From positions 1-45,716 of the forward strand of contig JAGGVZ010000057.1 of the NCBI GenBank assembly GCA_021157735.1: DNA of 45,716 bases, in the 5' to 3' direction. The notes under the pieces are model-generated. The model saw only the letters and a list, made by a program, of their open reading frames with translations, was not told where the DNA came from and did not search any database. Each line of letters begins with the position of its first letter. Positions within the stretch are counted from its first letter, which is position 1. This stretch comes from a bacterium. GTDB lineage: Bacteria; Patescibacteriota; Microgenomatia; UBA12405; BS750m-G30. This document shows positions 23,497-34,220 of the stretch, in pieces. Both the position numbers and the translations under genes were made by a program.

Positions 23497-24203
23497 AAAT
23501 GAAAGACCGGAAAATCTGGATAATTTTGTTGGGAATTTCTTTGTTTTTGTTTTTCTTGGATAAAACAGGAAAGACCGCTTTTCTTTACCGCTGGCTTTTT
23601 AGTCATCAAAAAAAGCCGGTGTCTTTACCGGAAAATAATCAGCCTCAGAAAAGTCGCGAGGTTCTGGAGCTTGAGCTGGCGCGTTGCCAGGAAAAGAATC
23701 AGGCCCTGCGGAGGCTTTTGGAGGCAAAGCTTTCTCCTCAAATCCAATTTGTTCCGGCAACTCTTTTGGGGGCGGGAAAAGAGAAGTTCTCTTTATCAGT
23801 GGGTAGCCAACAGGGAGTAAAGAAGGGTGCTTGGGTAGTTTGGGAAAATTTCTTAGTGGGGAAGATTACCAAAGTTTTCCCAACCACGAGTGAGGGAGTT
23901 TTTGTTTCCAGCAAGGATTTTCAGATGGCGGTGAGTATTTGGCGTCCTCCCCAGGAGGGGATTAACAAGCTATTGGTAGGGAAGGGAATTTTGGGCAACA
24001 GACCCTTGCTCACTGTTAAGGAAATTCTTCCCGATGAGGAGGTTAAAGAAGGAGATTTGGTGGCTGGTTTGGAACACAACGGAGAGTTTTTGATAGGAAA
24101 GATAAAGAGTGTTTCTTGGGACGAAGGGAAGGTTTTTAAAAAAGCAGAGATTAACTGGTTAGTTAACCCCCGACAGCTGGTTACTGTTTTTGTCGTTAAA
24201 TGA
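23493..24203 (+). CDS. mreC: Rod shape-determining protein MreC
   Basis: An N-terminal TM helix, a coiled-coil (LELELARCQEKNQALRRLLE), a beta-rich C-terminus, and an ATGA overlap with mreB. Confidence 0.75.
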   Translation: MKMKDRKIWIILLGISLFLFFLDKTGKTAFLYRWLFSHQKKPVSLPENNQPQKSREVLELELARCQEKNQALRRLLEAKLSPQIQFVPATLLGAGKEKFSLSVGSQQGVKKGAWVVWENFLVGKITKVFPTTSEGVFVSSKDFQMAVSIWRPPQEGINKLLVGKGILGNRPLLTVKEILPDEEVKEGDLVAGLEHNGEFLIGKIKSVSWDEGKVFKKAEINWLVNPRQLVTVFVVK

Positions 24204-24484
24204 AAAAGATAGTTATTTTTCTTGTGGGGATAGGAATCAGTTGGCTGGCGGCAAAATTTTTTCTTTTTTGGCTTTTGTTGCTTTTTGTTATTTTTGTTTG
24301 GCAAAGAGGAGTATTTTCAGAGAAAGTCTTTGCCCAAGGGTGTTTTAGTTGGGGGATTTTTTATGATTTGTTTCGGGGCCATTCCTTGGGGGAAACAGCT
24401 TTTTTTCTTCTTGTCCTGGGGTTAATTTTAGAAGGGGGATTGGCAAGATTTAAAAAACCTTCGTTGCTTTTTTCGCAAAAATGA
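24200..24484 (+). CDS. Small membrane protein in the MreD position (MreD-like)
   Basis: 94 aa with about 3 TM segments, lying between mreC and PBP2 with 4-nt overlaps on both sides. The assignment rests on position only. Confidence 0.45.
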   Translation: MKKIVIFLVGIGISWLAAKFFLFWLLLLFVIFVWQRGVFSEKVFAQGCFSWGIFYDLFRGHSLGETAFFLLVLGLILEGGLARFKKPSLLFSQK

Positions 24485-26115
24485 AAATCGAAGAAAGGCA
24501 GGAAAAAATCTTCTGGTTGGGGGGAGGAGTGCTTTTTTTGAGTTTTTTTCTGATTTGGGCAAGAGGTTTTGAATTGACGGTAATTAAAGGAAACTACTTT
24601 TATCAGTGGGCCCAGGAAAACCGCCTTCGCAAGCTTACCATTCCTGCTCCTCGGGGAAGGATTACCAGCCGCGAAGGCACCGTGTTAGCTGACAATCTTC
24701 CTGTTTATTTCTCTCCTCAAGGAGAGAAACTGTCTCGAGAGGAAGGTTTAATTCGGGAGGCGAGGGGAGAGGAGATAAAAATTCGCCTGCAAAGACGCTA
24801 TCCTTTGGGAGAAGCAGCGGCCCATTTGACTGGTTATTTGGGTGAGGTTACCCAGGAGGAAATTGCCCAAAAATCTTGCCCGGATTCTCCCTATCAGCCG
24901 GGAGATATGGTAGGAAAAGGGGGGTTGGAACAGGAAAAGGACTGCTTTTTGCGGGGAAAGAAAGGGGAGAAACTGGTGGAGGTAGATGCTCGGGGACGAA
25001 TTATCCGGGAAATAGGAAGAAACCCGCCCCAGCCAGGGAAGGAGTTAAAGCTAACAATTGCCAGCCGCCTACAAGAGTTTGCTTGGGAAAAACTAAAAGG
25101 GAAAAAGGGAGCGATTGTCGTTCTTGACCCTCAAAACGGTGATATTTTGGCTTTAGTTTCTTCGCCTTCTTTTAATCCTAACTTTTTTACTTGGCAGCGA
25201 AGTGAAAAGAAAATTGCTTTCTACTTGAATGATAAGGAAGGGATGCCTTTTTTGAATCGGGCAATTAGCGGAGCTTACCACCCCGGTTCTGTTTTTAAAC
25301 CCATTGTAGCGGTAGCGGCTTTAGAAGAAAAGAAAATTGATGCTCATTTTGTTGTTGAAGATATGGGGGTGATTAGGATAGGAAAGTGGGAGTATAGCAA
25401 TTGGTATTGGACTGATTATGGGAGAACAGAGGGGAAAGTGGATTTGGTAAAGGGAATTAAGCGTTCCAATGATATTTACTTTTATCGCGTGGGAGAGAAA
25501 CTGGGAGCGGAGAAGATAAGTCTCTGGGCAAAAAAGTTTGGGTTAGGAGAAAAAACAGGGGTGACTCTTCCCGGTGAACAGGCAGGATTAGTCCCCTCTC
25601 CTCAGTGGAAGTTAAAAGCAAAAGGAGAACCGTGGTTTTTGGGAAATACTTTTCATCTTGCTATCGGCCAGGGTGATTTGGCGGTTACTCCTTTGCAAAT
25701 TGCCGCCGCAACCGCGGCGATAGCTAATCAAGGCCAGTGGTGCCGTCCTCGTCTCCTCAACAGCGAGCCTTATCAGTGTCATTCTCTTTCCCTGAAAGAG
25801 GAAAATTTAGCCTTGGTAAAGAGGGGAATGGTGGAGGCTTGTTTGCCCGGGGGGACAGCGGCTTCCTTTTTTTATTACCACCCCTTCTCCCATTTACCTC
25901 CCGACAAGCAGATAGGCTGTAAGACAGGAACAGCTGAAGTGGGAGATGGAAGCGGGGATACTCATGCTTGGTTTGTCCTTTTTGCTCCGGTTGATAATCC
26001 CCAGTTAGTTGTGGTAGTGTTTATGGAGCGGGGGGGATCAGGAGCTAGTGTTTCTGCCCCGATTGCCAAAGAGATTGTTAGGTTCTGGAAGGAAAATTAC
26101 TATGGAGGCAACTGA
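24481..26115 (+). CDS. mrdA: Penicillin-binding protein 2 (elongation-specific transpeptidase)
   Basis: SVFK (SxxK), SND (RSNDIYF) and KTGT motifs, an N-terminal anchor, and a location in the mreBCD cluster. Confidence 0.9.
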   Translation: MKIEERQEKIFWLGGGVLFLSFFLIWARGFELTVIKGNYFYQWAQENRLRKLTIPAPRGRITSREGTVLADNLPVYFSPQGEKLSREEGLIREARGEEIKIRLQRRYPLGEAAAHLTGYLGEVTQEEIAQKSCPDSPYQPGDMVGKGGLEQEKDCFLRGKKGEKLVEVDARGRIIREIGRNPPQPGKELKLTIASRLQEFAWEKLKGKKGAIVVLDPQNGDILALVSSPSFNPNFFTWQRSEKKIAFYLNDKEGMPFLNRAISGAYHPGSVFKPIVAVAALEEKKIDAHFVVEDMGVIRIGKWEYSNWYWTDYGRTEGKVDLVKGIKRSNDIYFYRVGEKLGAEKISLWAKKFGLGEKTGVTLPGEQAGLVPSPQWKLKAKGEPWFLGNTFHLAIGQGDLAVTPLQIAAATAAIANQGQWCRPRLLNSEPYQCHSLSLKEENLALVKRGMVEACLPGGTAASFFYYHPFSHLPPDKQIGCKTGTAEVGDGSGDTHAWFVLFAPVDNPQLVVVVFMERGGSGASVSAPIAKEIVRFWKENYYGGN

Positions 26116-27400
26116 AAAAAGAGAGAAGATTGGTATTGTCGGTGGGGGAATTGGCGGTTTAAGCTTGGGATGGAAGCTGGCTAAAGATGGCAAAGAGGTG
26201 GTGATTTTTGAAAAGGAGGAGAAATTGGGAGGGTTGGTGGCCGGATTTCGTTTAAAGAAATGGTTGTGGTATTGTGATTTTTTCTATCGTCATCTTTTTC
26301 CTTCTGACCGGGAATTAAGAAAATTTTTAAAAGTTCTGGGAAAACAAAAAAAACTTTTTTTTCAGAAGGCAAAAACAGCAGTTTTTATTAAAGGGAAAGT
26401 TTTTAATTTCGATTCGCCCGGGGATATTTTGCGCTTTTCTCCGCTTTCCTTTTTCTCGCGCTTAAGGTTGGGGGGAGGGGTGGCTTTGCTAAAACTTTTA
26501 CCATTTTTTTCCTTTTATGATTTTCTTCCGGTTAACAAATGTCTGCCTTTGTTAATGGGAAGGGAAGGAGCAGAGAAAGTTTGGCAACCCTTGTTTATCC
26601 AGAAGTTTTCTCAGGAAAAAGCAATTCCTTTTTCCTGGTTTTGGGCGAGAGTCAAGAAAAGAACCGGCCAGTTGGGATATTATCAGGGAGGGTGGCAAAA
26701 GCTGATAAATTTTTTGAAAAAGGAGATAGAGGAAAGTGGGGGGAGGGTAAAAAGAGGCTTTAAGGTGGAGAAAATAAAGAAAGATAACAAAAGATTTTTA
26801 ATTTATGGAAAGGGAAAAACTTTTAGCTTTGATAAAGTTATTTTAACAACACCTTTGCCCGTTGCTTTAAAAATTGCCGGTAGTCTTCTCCAAGAAGAAA
26901 AGGAAAAATTTTCCCAAGCAAAGTATGTAGGTGCCGCGGTTTTTGTTCTTCGCTTAAAAAATGACTTTCTTCCCGACAATATTTACTGGTTGAGCATTTT
27001 GGAGAAAGATTGGCCCTTTACGGTGGTGGTGGAGCAAACCCATTTTTTAAAGAAGCATTTCTATGGAGGTGATGACTTAGTTTATATCGGCGGCTACTAC
27101 CCCCTTTCTCATCCTATTTTCTCCGAAAAAGAAGAATATTGGTCGGTGTTTTTGCCTTTCTTGAAAAAGATAAACCCCCGGATAGAGACAATGGTTAAGG
27201 AAAGGAAATTTTTTTCTTATCCTTTTGCTCAGCCTGTTCCCGAACTGGGTTGGGGCAAGAAAGTTCCTTCTTTAAAAACTAGTGTTCCCGGGCTTTTCTG
27301 GCTTAATATGAATCATATTTATCCATGGGATAGGGGGATGAATTTTGCGGTAAAGGAAGCTTGGAAGTTAGCAGAAGTAATCGAAAAAGAAAAAGGTTAA
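26102..27400 (+). CDS. FAD/NAD(P)-binding oxidoreductase (amine-oxidase/phytoene-desaturase-like fold)
   Basis: A GxGxxG Rossmann N-terminus (KIGIVGGGIGGLSLGWKLAKDGKEVVIFEKEEKLGG). I prefer the ATG at 26102. Confidence 0.6.
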   Translation: MEATEKREKIGIVGGGIGGLSLGWKLAKDGKEVVIFEKEEKLGGLVAGFRLKKWLWYCDFFYRHLFPSDRELRKFLKVLGKQKKLFFQKAKTAVFIKGKVFNFDSPGDILRFSPLSFFSRLRLGGGVALLKLLPFFSFYDFLPVNKCLPLLMGREGAEKVWQPLFIQKFSQEKAIPFSWFWARVKKRTGQLGYYQGGWQKLINFLKKEIEESGGRVKRGFKVEKIKKDNKRFLIYGKGKTFSFDKVILTTPLPVALKIAGSLLQEEKEKFSQAKYVGAAVFVLRLKNDFLPDNIYWLSILEKDWPFTVVVEQTHFLKKHFYGGDDLVYIGGYYPLSHPIFSEKEEYWSVFLPFLKKINPRIETMVKERKFFSYPFAQPVPELGWGKKVPSLKTSVPGLFWLNMNHIYPWDRGMNFAVKEAWKLAEVIEKEKG

Positions 27401-28590
27401 CTTGATTTTTTCCGGAAGTATTTTTTGTCTTTTAGTTTTTTCGGAAGAAAGGATTCGTTTTGGGGATACATTTGGTATCCTTTTCCGTAGCCGATTTTTT
27501 CCATAAATTTTGTTTCCGGGTTACGGAGCTTAAGGGGAATTTCCAGGTTTCGGTAGGTTTTAACGTCTTTTTTGGCCGCCAGGAGGGCTTCATAGGCAGC
27601 CCGGGATTTGGGAGCCAAAGAAAGATAGACAGTGGCGTGAACAAGGTTAATTTGACATTCTGGCAATCCCACCTGCTGACAAGCCTGGAAAGCAGCTACC
27701 GCTAAAGGGAGAGCGTGAGGATCGGCAGTTCCAACGTCTTCTGAAGCAAAGATTACCAAACGGCGGGCAATAAACAAAGGGTCTTCGCCGGCAACAATCA
27801 TTCTCGCCAGGTAATAAACAGCGGCGTTGACGTCTGAGGCGCGCATTGACTTGATAAAAGCAGAAATGGTGTTGTAGTGTTCTTCGTCTTTCTTGTCATA
27901 GCGAAGGGTGGTGGCGGAGATAATTTGGCGAAGTGTTTTCTCTTTGATTATTTTGTTTGGGGCAATAGCGGCGGCCTGTTCCAAAAGATTGAGAACCACC
28001 CGGGCATCTCCGTTGGCACTTTTAAGGAGGAGTTTTTGGGCGGCGGCAGTAAGAGAACAGGAAAGCTTGTTTGTTCCCCGGGAGATTATCTTTTTTAGCT
28101 CTTTTTCCCCGAGAGGGTGGAAGATAAGAGTTTGGCAACGAGAGAGAAGGGGAGGGATGATATAGAAGCTGGGGTTTTCGGTAGTGGCAGCAATAAGACT
28201 AATTTGTCCGCTTTCTACAGGAGAAAGGAGGATATCTTGTTGGGCTTTGGAGAAACGGTGAATTTCATCCAAAAAAAGGAGCACCGGTTTTTGGGGAGGG
28301 GAGAAAAGGTCGGTTTGGGTTTTTTCTTTGGCAAAAATTGCTTTTAGCTGCTCTTTTTTGGCAGTGACTGCAGAGAATTCTTGAAACTCAAAATTTAGAC
28401 TGTCGGCAATAATTCGCGCCAGAGTAGTTTTTCCGCACCCCGGTGGACCCCAGAAAATCAAGGAGGGAAAAGGGAGAGGTTTAGTTTTCAAAAGCCTTCG
28501 GATAAAGCCGTTTTTCCCCACCAGGTGTTCTTGGCCAATAAATTCCTCCAGTCGGTGGGGACGGATTAAATCAGCTAAAGGCTTCATCAT
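27397..28590 (-). CDS. rarA: Replication-associated recombination protein A (AAA+ ATPase MgsA/RarA)
   Basis: Walker A (GPPGCGKTT), Walker B (LFLDEIHR), and a MgsA C-terminal domain ([13 protein letters not shown]). Confidence 0.9.
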   Translation of the reverse strand: MMKPLADLIRPHRLEEFIGQEHLVGKNGFIRRLLKTKPLPFPSLIFWGPPGCGKTTLARIIADSLNFEFQEFSAVTAKKEQLKAIFAKEKTQTDLFSPPQKPVLLFLDEIHRFSKAQQDILLSPVESGQISLIAATTENPSFYIIPPLLSRCQTLIFHPLGEKELKKIISRGTNKLSCSLTAAAQKLLLKSANGDARVVLNLLEQAAAIAPNKIIKEKTLRQIISATTLRYDKKDEEHYNTISAFIKSMRASDVNAAVYYLARMIVAGEDPLFIARRLVIFASEDVGTADPHALPLAVAAFQACQQVGLPECQINLVHATVYLSLAPKSRAAYEALLAAKKDVKTYRNLEIPLKLRNPETKFMEKIGYGKGYQMYPQNESFLPKKLKDKKYFRKKSS

Positions 28591-28638
28591 TTATATCTTA
28601 CCACAGACCCGAAAAAAAGGCGAAAGTAAAGGGGGGTT

Positions 28639-30084
28639 TTAGTAACTGCGGGCAAAAAGCCAGCGCTGGGAAGCAGGCTTGCCGCAGAAAACACATTTTC
28701 CTTTTTTAGTGGTGGCGTTTAAGGGGAGACAGCGAGTGGTGGCTTTGGTTTCTTCTTTTATTTTTTCTTCGCATTGGGGAGAACCACACCAATAAGCGTA
28801 GACAAATTTTTTGTTAGCAATTGCCTTTTTGAATTCTTGCCAACTATCCACGAAAAGAGAATTTTTTTCGGTGAAATCTTTATGTTTTTGGTAAAGAGAT
28901 TCCTGAATTTCTTCCAAAAGGGAAGAAAGTTTATCTTTTAGCTTTTCCAAACTGACCGTTATTTTTTCTCCCAGCTGGTCCCGACGAACCAAAGTAACGG
29001 TTTTTTCTTGTTGTTCCCGAGGACCAATTTCTATTCTTATTGGCACGCCTTTTACCTCCCATTCGTTAAATTTCCATCCCGGGGAAACCTCTTGGCGCAA
29101 GTCTACTTCTAGACGGACATTTCCGGCGGCCTTTTTGACTTGCTCCAAATAGGCTTTGGTCTTTTTATCTTCCTTTCCCCAGATAGGGATAATCACTGCT
29201 TGGATAGGGGCAACACGAGGGGGAAGGACCAGGCCATGGTCATCGCCATGTCCCATGATTAGACCTCCAATTGCCCGAGTGGAAAGCCCCCAGCTAGTTT
29301 GCCAAACGTATTTTGTTTTTTTGTCTTTATCCTGAAAGGTAATATTAAAGCTTTTGGCAAAATTTTGCCCAAGATTATGGGAGGTGGCCGCCTGAAGCGA
29401 TTTTCCGTCTTTCATCATGATTTCTACCGTGTAGGTTTTCTCCGCGCCAGCAAATTTTTCCTGGTTGCTTTTGACTCCTAAAATTGGGTAAAGGGCAAGA
29501 TACTTTTCGTAGAATTTTTGGTACATCCGCAAAGCTCGCCGCGCTTCCTTTTCCGCCTCCTCAAGGGTGGCATGGGCAGTATGACCTTCTTGCCAAAGGA
29601 ATTCAGTGGTGCGAAGGAAAAGAGAGGTTCTCATTTCCCAGCGGACAACATTAGCCCATTGGTTAATTTTTAAAGGAAGATCTCGCCAGGAGGAAATCCA
29701 ACGGGAGTACATATAATACATAATTGTTTCCGAAGTGGGACGGACAATTAAAGGCTCTTTTAATTTCTTGCCTCCTCCGTGGGTAACCACGGCAGTTTGG
29801 GGAGAAAAATTCTCAACGTGTTCTTTTTCTTTTTGCAGGAAGGACCAAGGAATAAAAAGAGGAAAATAGGCATTAGGAACACCAGCTTTTTTAATCATCC
29901 CGTCAAGAATCTTCTGGTATCTTTCCCAAAGAGCATAACCGTAGGGGCGGATTACCATACACCCCCGCACCGGAGCGTAATCGGCCAGCTGGGCTTTTAA
30001 GACCACATCGGTGTACCAGCGGGAGAAGTTTTTGCTTTGCGGGGTAATTTGTTCCGGCTGTTTTATTTTCATCTTTGTAAGCAA
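28639..30084 (-). CDS. proS: Prolyl-tRNA synthetase, archaeal/eukaryote-like type with a C-terminal zinc-binding domain
   Basis: FSRWYTDVV start, class II motifs, no INS editing-domain length (481 aa), and C-terminal cysteines (CGSPQCEEK...CVFCG). Confidence 0.9.
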   Translation of the reverse strand: MLTKMKIKQPEQITPQSKNFSRWYTDVVLKAQLADYAPVRGCMVIRPYGYALWERYQKILDGMIKKAGVPNAYFPLFIPWSFLQKEKEHVENFSPQTAVVTHGGGKKLKEPLIVRPTSETIMYYMYSRWISSWRDLPLKINQWANVVRWEMRTSLFLRTTEFLWQEGHTAHATLEEAEKEARRALRMYQKFYEKYLALYPILGVKSNQEKFAGAEKTYTVEIMMKDGKSLQAATSHNLGQNFAKSFNITFQDKDKKTKYVWQTSWGLSTRAIGGLIMGHGDDHGLVLPPRVAPIQAVIIPIWGKEDKKTKAYLEQVKKAAGNVRLEVDLRQEVSPGWKFNEWEVKGVPIRIEIGPREQQEKTVTLVRRDQLGEKITVSLEKLKDKLSSLLEEIQESLYQKHKDFTEKNSLFVDSWQEFKKAIANKKFVYAYWCGSPQCEEKIKEETKATTRCLPLNATTKKGKCVFCGKPASQRWLFARSY

Positions 30085-30152
30085 CTTTTGCTGGATTTTA
30101 ACAGATTTTCTCCTTGAAGAAAAGAGGTGGGTTGGTTACAATAAGGACACTA

Positions 30153-31163
30153 ATGGAAACAGAAAAGTTGTGGCAACAGTTTAAGAAAAAGTTGGCAGAA
30201 GTAGGGGATTTTGAAGAGTTGGAGAAGCTGCGGGTGGAGTTTCTCGGCAGAAAAGGGAAGATTAACCAACTCTTTCAAAAGGTAACTTCTCTTCCTCCGG
30301 AAAAAAGAAAAGAATTCGGTCAGGAAGTTAACCGTCTGAAGGGGAAGATTCAAAAGGCTTTTCTTTCCCGGGAGAGAAAAATTAAGGCGTCTTTGGAAAG
30401 GAATTTAACCGGAAAGAAAATAGATATCAGTCTGCCGGGAAAGGAGGTTTCTCTTGGTCATATTCACCCGATTACCCAGATGAAGTGGGAGGTAGCTGAT
30501 ATTTTTCAGCGGATGGGATTTGAAGTTTTGGAGCCGCAAGAGGTAACGACTGATTATGATAATTTTACTGCTCTGAATATTCCTCCTGATCACCCCGCCC
30601 GGGATATGTGGGATACCTTTTGGACGAAAGAAGGATATATTCCCATTACCCATACTTCTTCGATGCAAAATTGGATTTATCGCCATCGTCATCCCCCGAT
30701 TAGAGCGGTTGTTATTGGCCGTTGCTTCCGCAATGAAGCCACTGATATGGGCCATGAGCATACCTTTCATCAAATTGAAGGAGTTTATGTTGACAAGGGA
30801 ATAACCGTTGCTAATCTGATTGAAACGATGAGGGTTTTCTTTTCTGAGTTTTTCGGCAAAGAACTGCGGGCAAAAGTTCGCCCTTCCTATTTCCCTTTCG
30901 TTGAGCCAGGATTAGAACTGGCAATTGAGTGTGTTTTGTGTGGAGGAAAGGGATGCTCTGTTTGCAAGCAATCTGGGTGGTTGGAAATTCTTGGTTGCGG
31001 TCAGATTCACCCCCGGGTACTGGAGGAAGGGGGAATTGATTCCAAAAAGTACACCGGTTTTGCTTGGGGAATGGGGTTGGAGAGGATGATTATGTTGCGG
31101 ATGGGAATTGAAGATATCCGTCATTTTCATTCTGGAGATTTAAGATTTATTAGAAAGTTCTAA
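30153..31163 (+). CDS. pheS: Phenylalanyl-tRNA synthetase alpha subunit
   Basis: Class II motifs (FRNE, GWGMGLERM). I prefer the ATG at 30153 (METEKLWQQF...LRVEFLGRKG). Confidence 0.9.
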   Translation: METEKLWQQFKKKLAEVGDFEELEKLRVEFLGRKGKINQLFQKVTSLPPEKRKEFGQEVNRLKGKIQKAFLSRERKIKASLERNLTGKKIDISLPGKEVSLGHIHPITQMKWEVADIFQRMGFEVLEPQEVTTDYDNFTALNIPPDHPARDMWDTFWTKEGYIPITHTSSMQNWIYRHRHPPIRAVVIGRCFRNEATDMGHEHTFHQIEGVYVDKGITVANLIETMRVFFSEFFGKELRAKVRPSYFPFVEPGLELAIECVLCGGKGCSVCKQSGWLEILGCGQIHPRVLEEGGIDSKKYTGFAWGMGLERMIMLRMGIEDIRHFHSGDLRFIRKF

Positions 31164-31169
31164 AGAACA

Positions 31170-33521
31170 ATGAAGATATCAAAAGTTTGGATTAGTGATT
31201 TCTTGGAAAAGTTTGATTTAAAAGCCGAGGAGGTAAAAGAAAAACTCTCCAGTAGTTTAGCAGAGGTAGAAGAGATAAAAAAGAGGGGAGAGTGGTTGGG
31301 AGAAAAAATAGTAATTGCTAAAATAAGAAAGATTGTTCCTCATCCTCATGCCGACAGACTAAAGATTGCCCAAGTCACTGTTGGCAAGCAAAGTTATTCC
31401 GTTGTTTGCGGGGCGAACAATATTCGAGAAGGACAGATTGTTCCTTTGGTATTACCAGGGGGGAAAGTGAAGAGTCCGGAAGGGGAAATTGTTACTGTTA
31501 AAAAAGCCAAAATTAGAGGAGAGGAGTCGGAGGCAATGATGTGTTCTCAGTTAGAATTAGGAGTAGGGGAGGACCACACCGGAATTTGGATTCTTCCTTC
31601 CAGTTGGGAGAAGTTTTTGGGAAAGCCCTTGGCGGAAGTTCTTCCCGAAGTAAAAGATGTTGTTTGGGAGATTGAAAACAAAGCTTTAACCCATCGCCCC
31701 GATTGTTTTGGCCAATTAGGGATGGCTCGGGAGGTAGCGGCGGCTTTTGAAAAGAGATTTGTTCTTCCCGAGTGGTATCAAGAAAATTGGCGGCCTTCTG
31801 GGGAAGAGGGGGAATTCTCCCTTAAAATAGAGGTAAAAGATTCCCAGTTGGCACCCCGTTATTCTGCTTTGGTTATTGAAGGGGTAAAGATTGCCCCTTC
31901 TCCTTTATGGCTTCAGCAGCGGTTGGTTAACGTGGGTTTGCGGCCGATAAACAATATTGTTGATGTAACAAATTATGTCATGATGGAGTTGGGACAACCG
32001 ATGCATGCTTTTGATGGTAGGAAACTGGAAGAGGGAAAGATAGTCGTTCGTCGGGCTCAAAAAGGAGAAAAACTGGTAACCCTTGATGGCGAAGAAAGAA
32101 CTTTAAGTGAGGAGGATTTGGTAATTGCCGATGGGAAAAAGGCGGTGGCTTTGGCGGGGATTATGGGAGGAGAAAATAGTGAGGTAGGGGATGACACCAC
32201 AGTGGTGGTTTTGGAGGCGGCTACTTTTGATAAAGCCACCATTCGGCGCTCTTCAATGCGGCTGGGAGTAAGGACAGAGGCTAGTTTACGGTTCGAAAAA
32301 GGGCTGGATACGAATTTGACAATTCCGGCAATCAAAAGAGCTGCTGAGCTTATTCTTGAGCTTTGCCCCCAAGCGAAAATCACCTCTCCCTTGCTTGATT
32401 TCTATCCCCAGCCGAGGAAAGAGAAACAAGTTGTTACCACCGCTGCTTTTGTTAACAAAATTTTGGGAGGGAAAGTTCCAGAGAAAGAGATGGTGGCAAT
32501 TCTTAATCGGTTGGGACTAAAAACAGAAAAGAAAAAGGAAAGGCTGGTGGTGACTGTGCCTACTTTTCGCCGGGATATTGAGATTCCCGAGGACTTAGTT
32601 GAGGAGGTAGGGAGAATTTATGGATACGATAAGCTTCCTCTGGTACTGCCTCGCAAAGCTATTTCTCCCGCTCCCGTTTCCCCTCAGTGGCGGTTGGAAA
32701 AGAAGGTGAAAGAAAAACTGAGCGCTTTAGGTTTTGATGAGATTTATACTTATGCTTTTGTGGGAAAAGAATTGTATCAGCGTTGTCGTCTTTCCCCTGC
32801 AGAGTTGATTCCTCTCCAAAATCCTATCTCTCCCCAGTTAGCTTTCTTAAAAAATTCTCTGCTTCCTTCCTTGATAGAAAAGGCGGCTTTAAATGCGGCT
32901 AATTTTGAAAAGTTCTCTCTTTTTGAAGTAGGGAGGGTCTTTCTTTATCCTGAAGAGAAAACCAAACTACCCCTTCAACCCAAAAGGATAGGGGGAGCAG
33001 AGGTAGATGATTCTCAGCAAGAAGAGGAGCTGTTTTTGCAAACAAAAGGGAAACTGGAGGAGCTTTTCCGCCGTCTTCTTGTCAAAGAAATTAATTTTCA
33101 CCTCCCCTTAACTTTGCCTCCTTTCCTTCATCCGGGAATGGCTACAGAAATTTTTTCCGGGAAAGAAAAACTGGGAATTTTTGGAGTTCTTCACCCCTTA
33201 GTTAAAAAGGAGTTTTCCTTATCCGGGGCAGTAACGGTTTTTGAATTAGAATTTTCTGTTTTAGCAAAGAGACGAGAAAAGCGGATTCACTATACTCCGC
33301 CGGTGAAAGGAGCCTTAGTAAAGATTGATATTGTTCCCCAAGCCCAGAACTGGCAGGAGGCAGAAGAAAAAATTAACCGAGTTTTTGGTAAATTTTTGGT
33401 AAGAAAGAAACTAATTGATTTTTATCAAGGGCGGTATACGGTTCGTCTTTGGTTACGGTCTTGTCCGGAGACAACAGGAGAACGGCTTTCCCAACTGATT
33501 GCCAAGGTAGTGAAAGAATGA
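31170..33521 (+). CDS. pheT: Phenylalanyl-tRNA synthetase beta subunit
   Basis: An N-terminal tRNA-binding (EMAP/OB) domain, B3/4 and B5 blocks, 783 aa, and a position following pheS. Confidence 0.9.
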   Translation: MKISKVWISDFLEKFDLKAEEVKEKLSSSLAEVEEIKKRGEWLGEKIVIAKIRKIVPHPHADRLKIAQVTVGKQSYSVVCGANNIREGQIVPLVLPGGKVKSPEGEIVTVKKAKIRGEESEAMMCSQLELGVGEDHTGIWILPSSWEKFLGKPLAEVLPEVKDVVWEIENKALTHRPDCFGQLGMAREVAAAFEKRFVLPEWYQENWRPSGEEGEFSLKIEVKDSQLAPRYSALVIEGVKIAPSPLWLQQRLVNVGLRPINNIVDVTNYVMMELGQPMHAFDGRKLEEGKIVVRRAQKGEKLVTLDGEERTLSEEDLVIADGKKAVALAGIMGGENSEVGDDTTVVVLEAATFDKATIRRSSMRLGVRTEASLRFEKGLDTNLTIPAIKRAAELILELCPQAKITSPLLDFYPQPRKEKQVVTTAAFVNKILGGKVPEKEMVAILNRLGLKTEKKKERLVVTVPTFRRDIEIPEDLVEEVGRIYGYDKLPLVLPRKAISPAPVSPQWRLEKKVKEKLSALGFDEIYTYAFVGKELYQRCRLSPAELIPLQNPISPQLAFLKNSLLPSLIEKAALNAANFEKFSLFEVGRVFLYPEEKTKLPLQPKRIGGAEVDDSQQEEELFLQTKGKLEELFRRLLVKEINFHLPLTLPPFLHPGMATEIFSGKEKLGIFGVLHPLVKKEFSLSGAVTVFELEFSVLAKRREKRIHYTPPVKGALVKIDIVPQAQNWQEAEEKINRVFGKFLVRKKLIDFYQGRYTVRLWLRSCPETTGERLSQLIAKVVKE

Positions 33522-34177
33522 AAGGAAGGATTGAGTTTCAAGAAGTAATTTACCCCCAGCGCCTAAAATTGATTGATAGTCCTCCTCCTGTTCTTTATTA
33601 TCAAAGCGGATTGCCTCGGGAGGAAATAAAAACCCTTTTTCAGCTTCCGGCGGTAGCGGTAGTTGGGAGTAGAAAGATGAGTTTTTATGGAGAAAAGATG
33701 GCCAAGAAATTCACTCAAGAGTTGGTGGAATTACAGATGGTGATTGTTTCCGGGATGGCGCGGGGGATTGACGGTGTTGCCCACCGGACAGCTTTGGAAA
33801 AGGGAGGAAAAACAATTGCTGTTTTGGGAAGTGGAGTTGATGTTATTTATCCTCCGGAAAACAAAGATATTTATCAAAAGTTAGCGGAAGGAAAGCAGGG
33901 AATGGTTATCTCAGAATTTCCTCCGGGAACAAGACCTGAGGCAAACAATTTCCCCCGTCGCAACCGAATTATTGCTGGTTTGGCAGATTGTGTTTTAGTA
34001 GTAGAGGCAGCCCGGCGTTCGGGAACTCTAATTACCGCGCGGTTGGCTGCTGAGCAGGGAAAAGATGTTTTCGTTGTTCCCGGTCCCGCTAATTCTTTTT
34101 TATCAGAGGGAACAGCCTGGTTAGCTAATCAAGGAGCAAAGATAGTTACCTCAGCAAAACAGATGTTTGCTCCCTGA
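33518..34177 (+). CDS. dprA: DNA processing protein DprA (Smf)
   Basis: A Rossmann-like DprA core (VAVVGSRKMSFYG...SGMARGIDGVAH...VIYPPEN...FPRRNRIIAGL). There is an ATGA overlap with pheT at 33518. Confidence 0.85.
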   Translation: MKGRIEFQEVIYPQRLKLIDSPPPVLYYQSGLPREEIKTLFQLPAVAVVGSRKMSFYGEKMAKKFTQELVELQMVIVSGMARGIDGVAHRTALEKGGKTIAVLGSGVDVIYPPENKDIYQKLAEGKQGMVISEFPPGTRPEANNFPRRNRIIAGLADCVLVVEAARRSGTLITARLAAEQGKDVFVVPGPANSFLSEGTAWLANQGAKIVTSAKQMFAP

Positions 34178-34220
34178 TAATTTCCCAAAATTTGCCTTGA
34201 TATGTTAAGATGGGAAGACT

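Noticed and set aside
30114-30142. A TTGAAG-17-TACAAT promoter-like match just upstream of pheS
   Set aside because: The -10 ends only 10 nt before the ATG. A start there would exclude the AAGGA Shine-Dalgarno at 30143-30147. This is either a near-leaderless arrangement or a coincidence, and the evidence is not strong enough to report as a feature.
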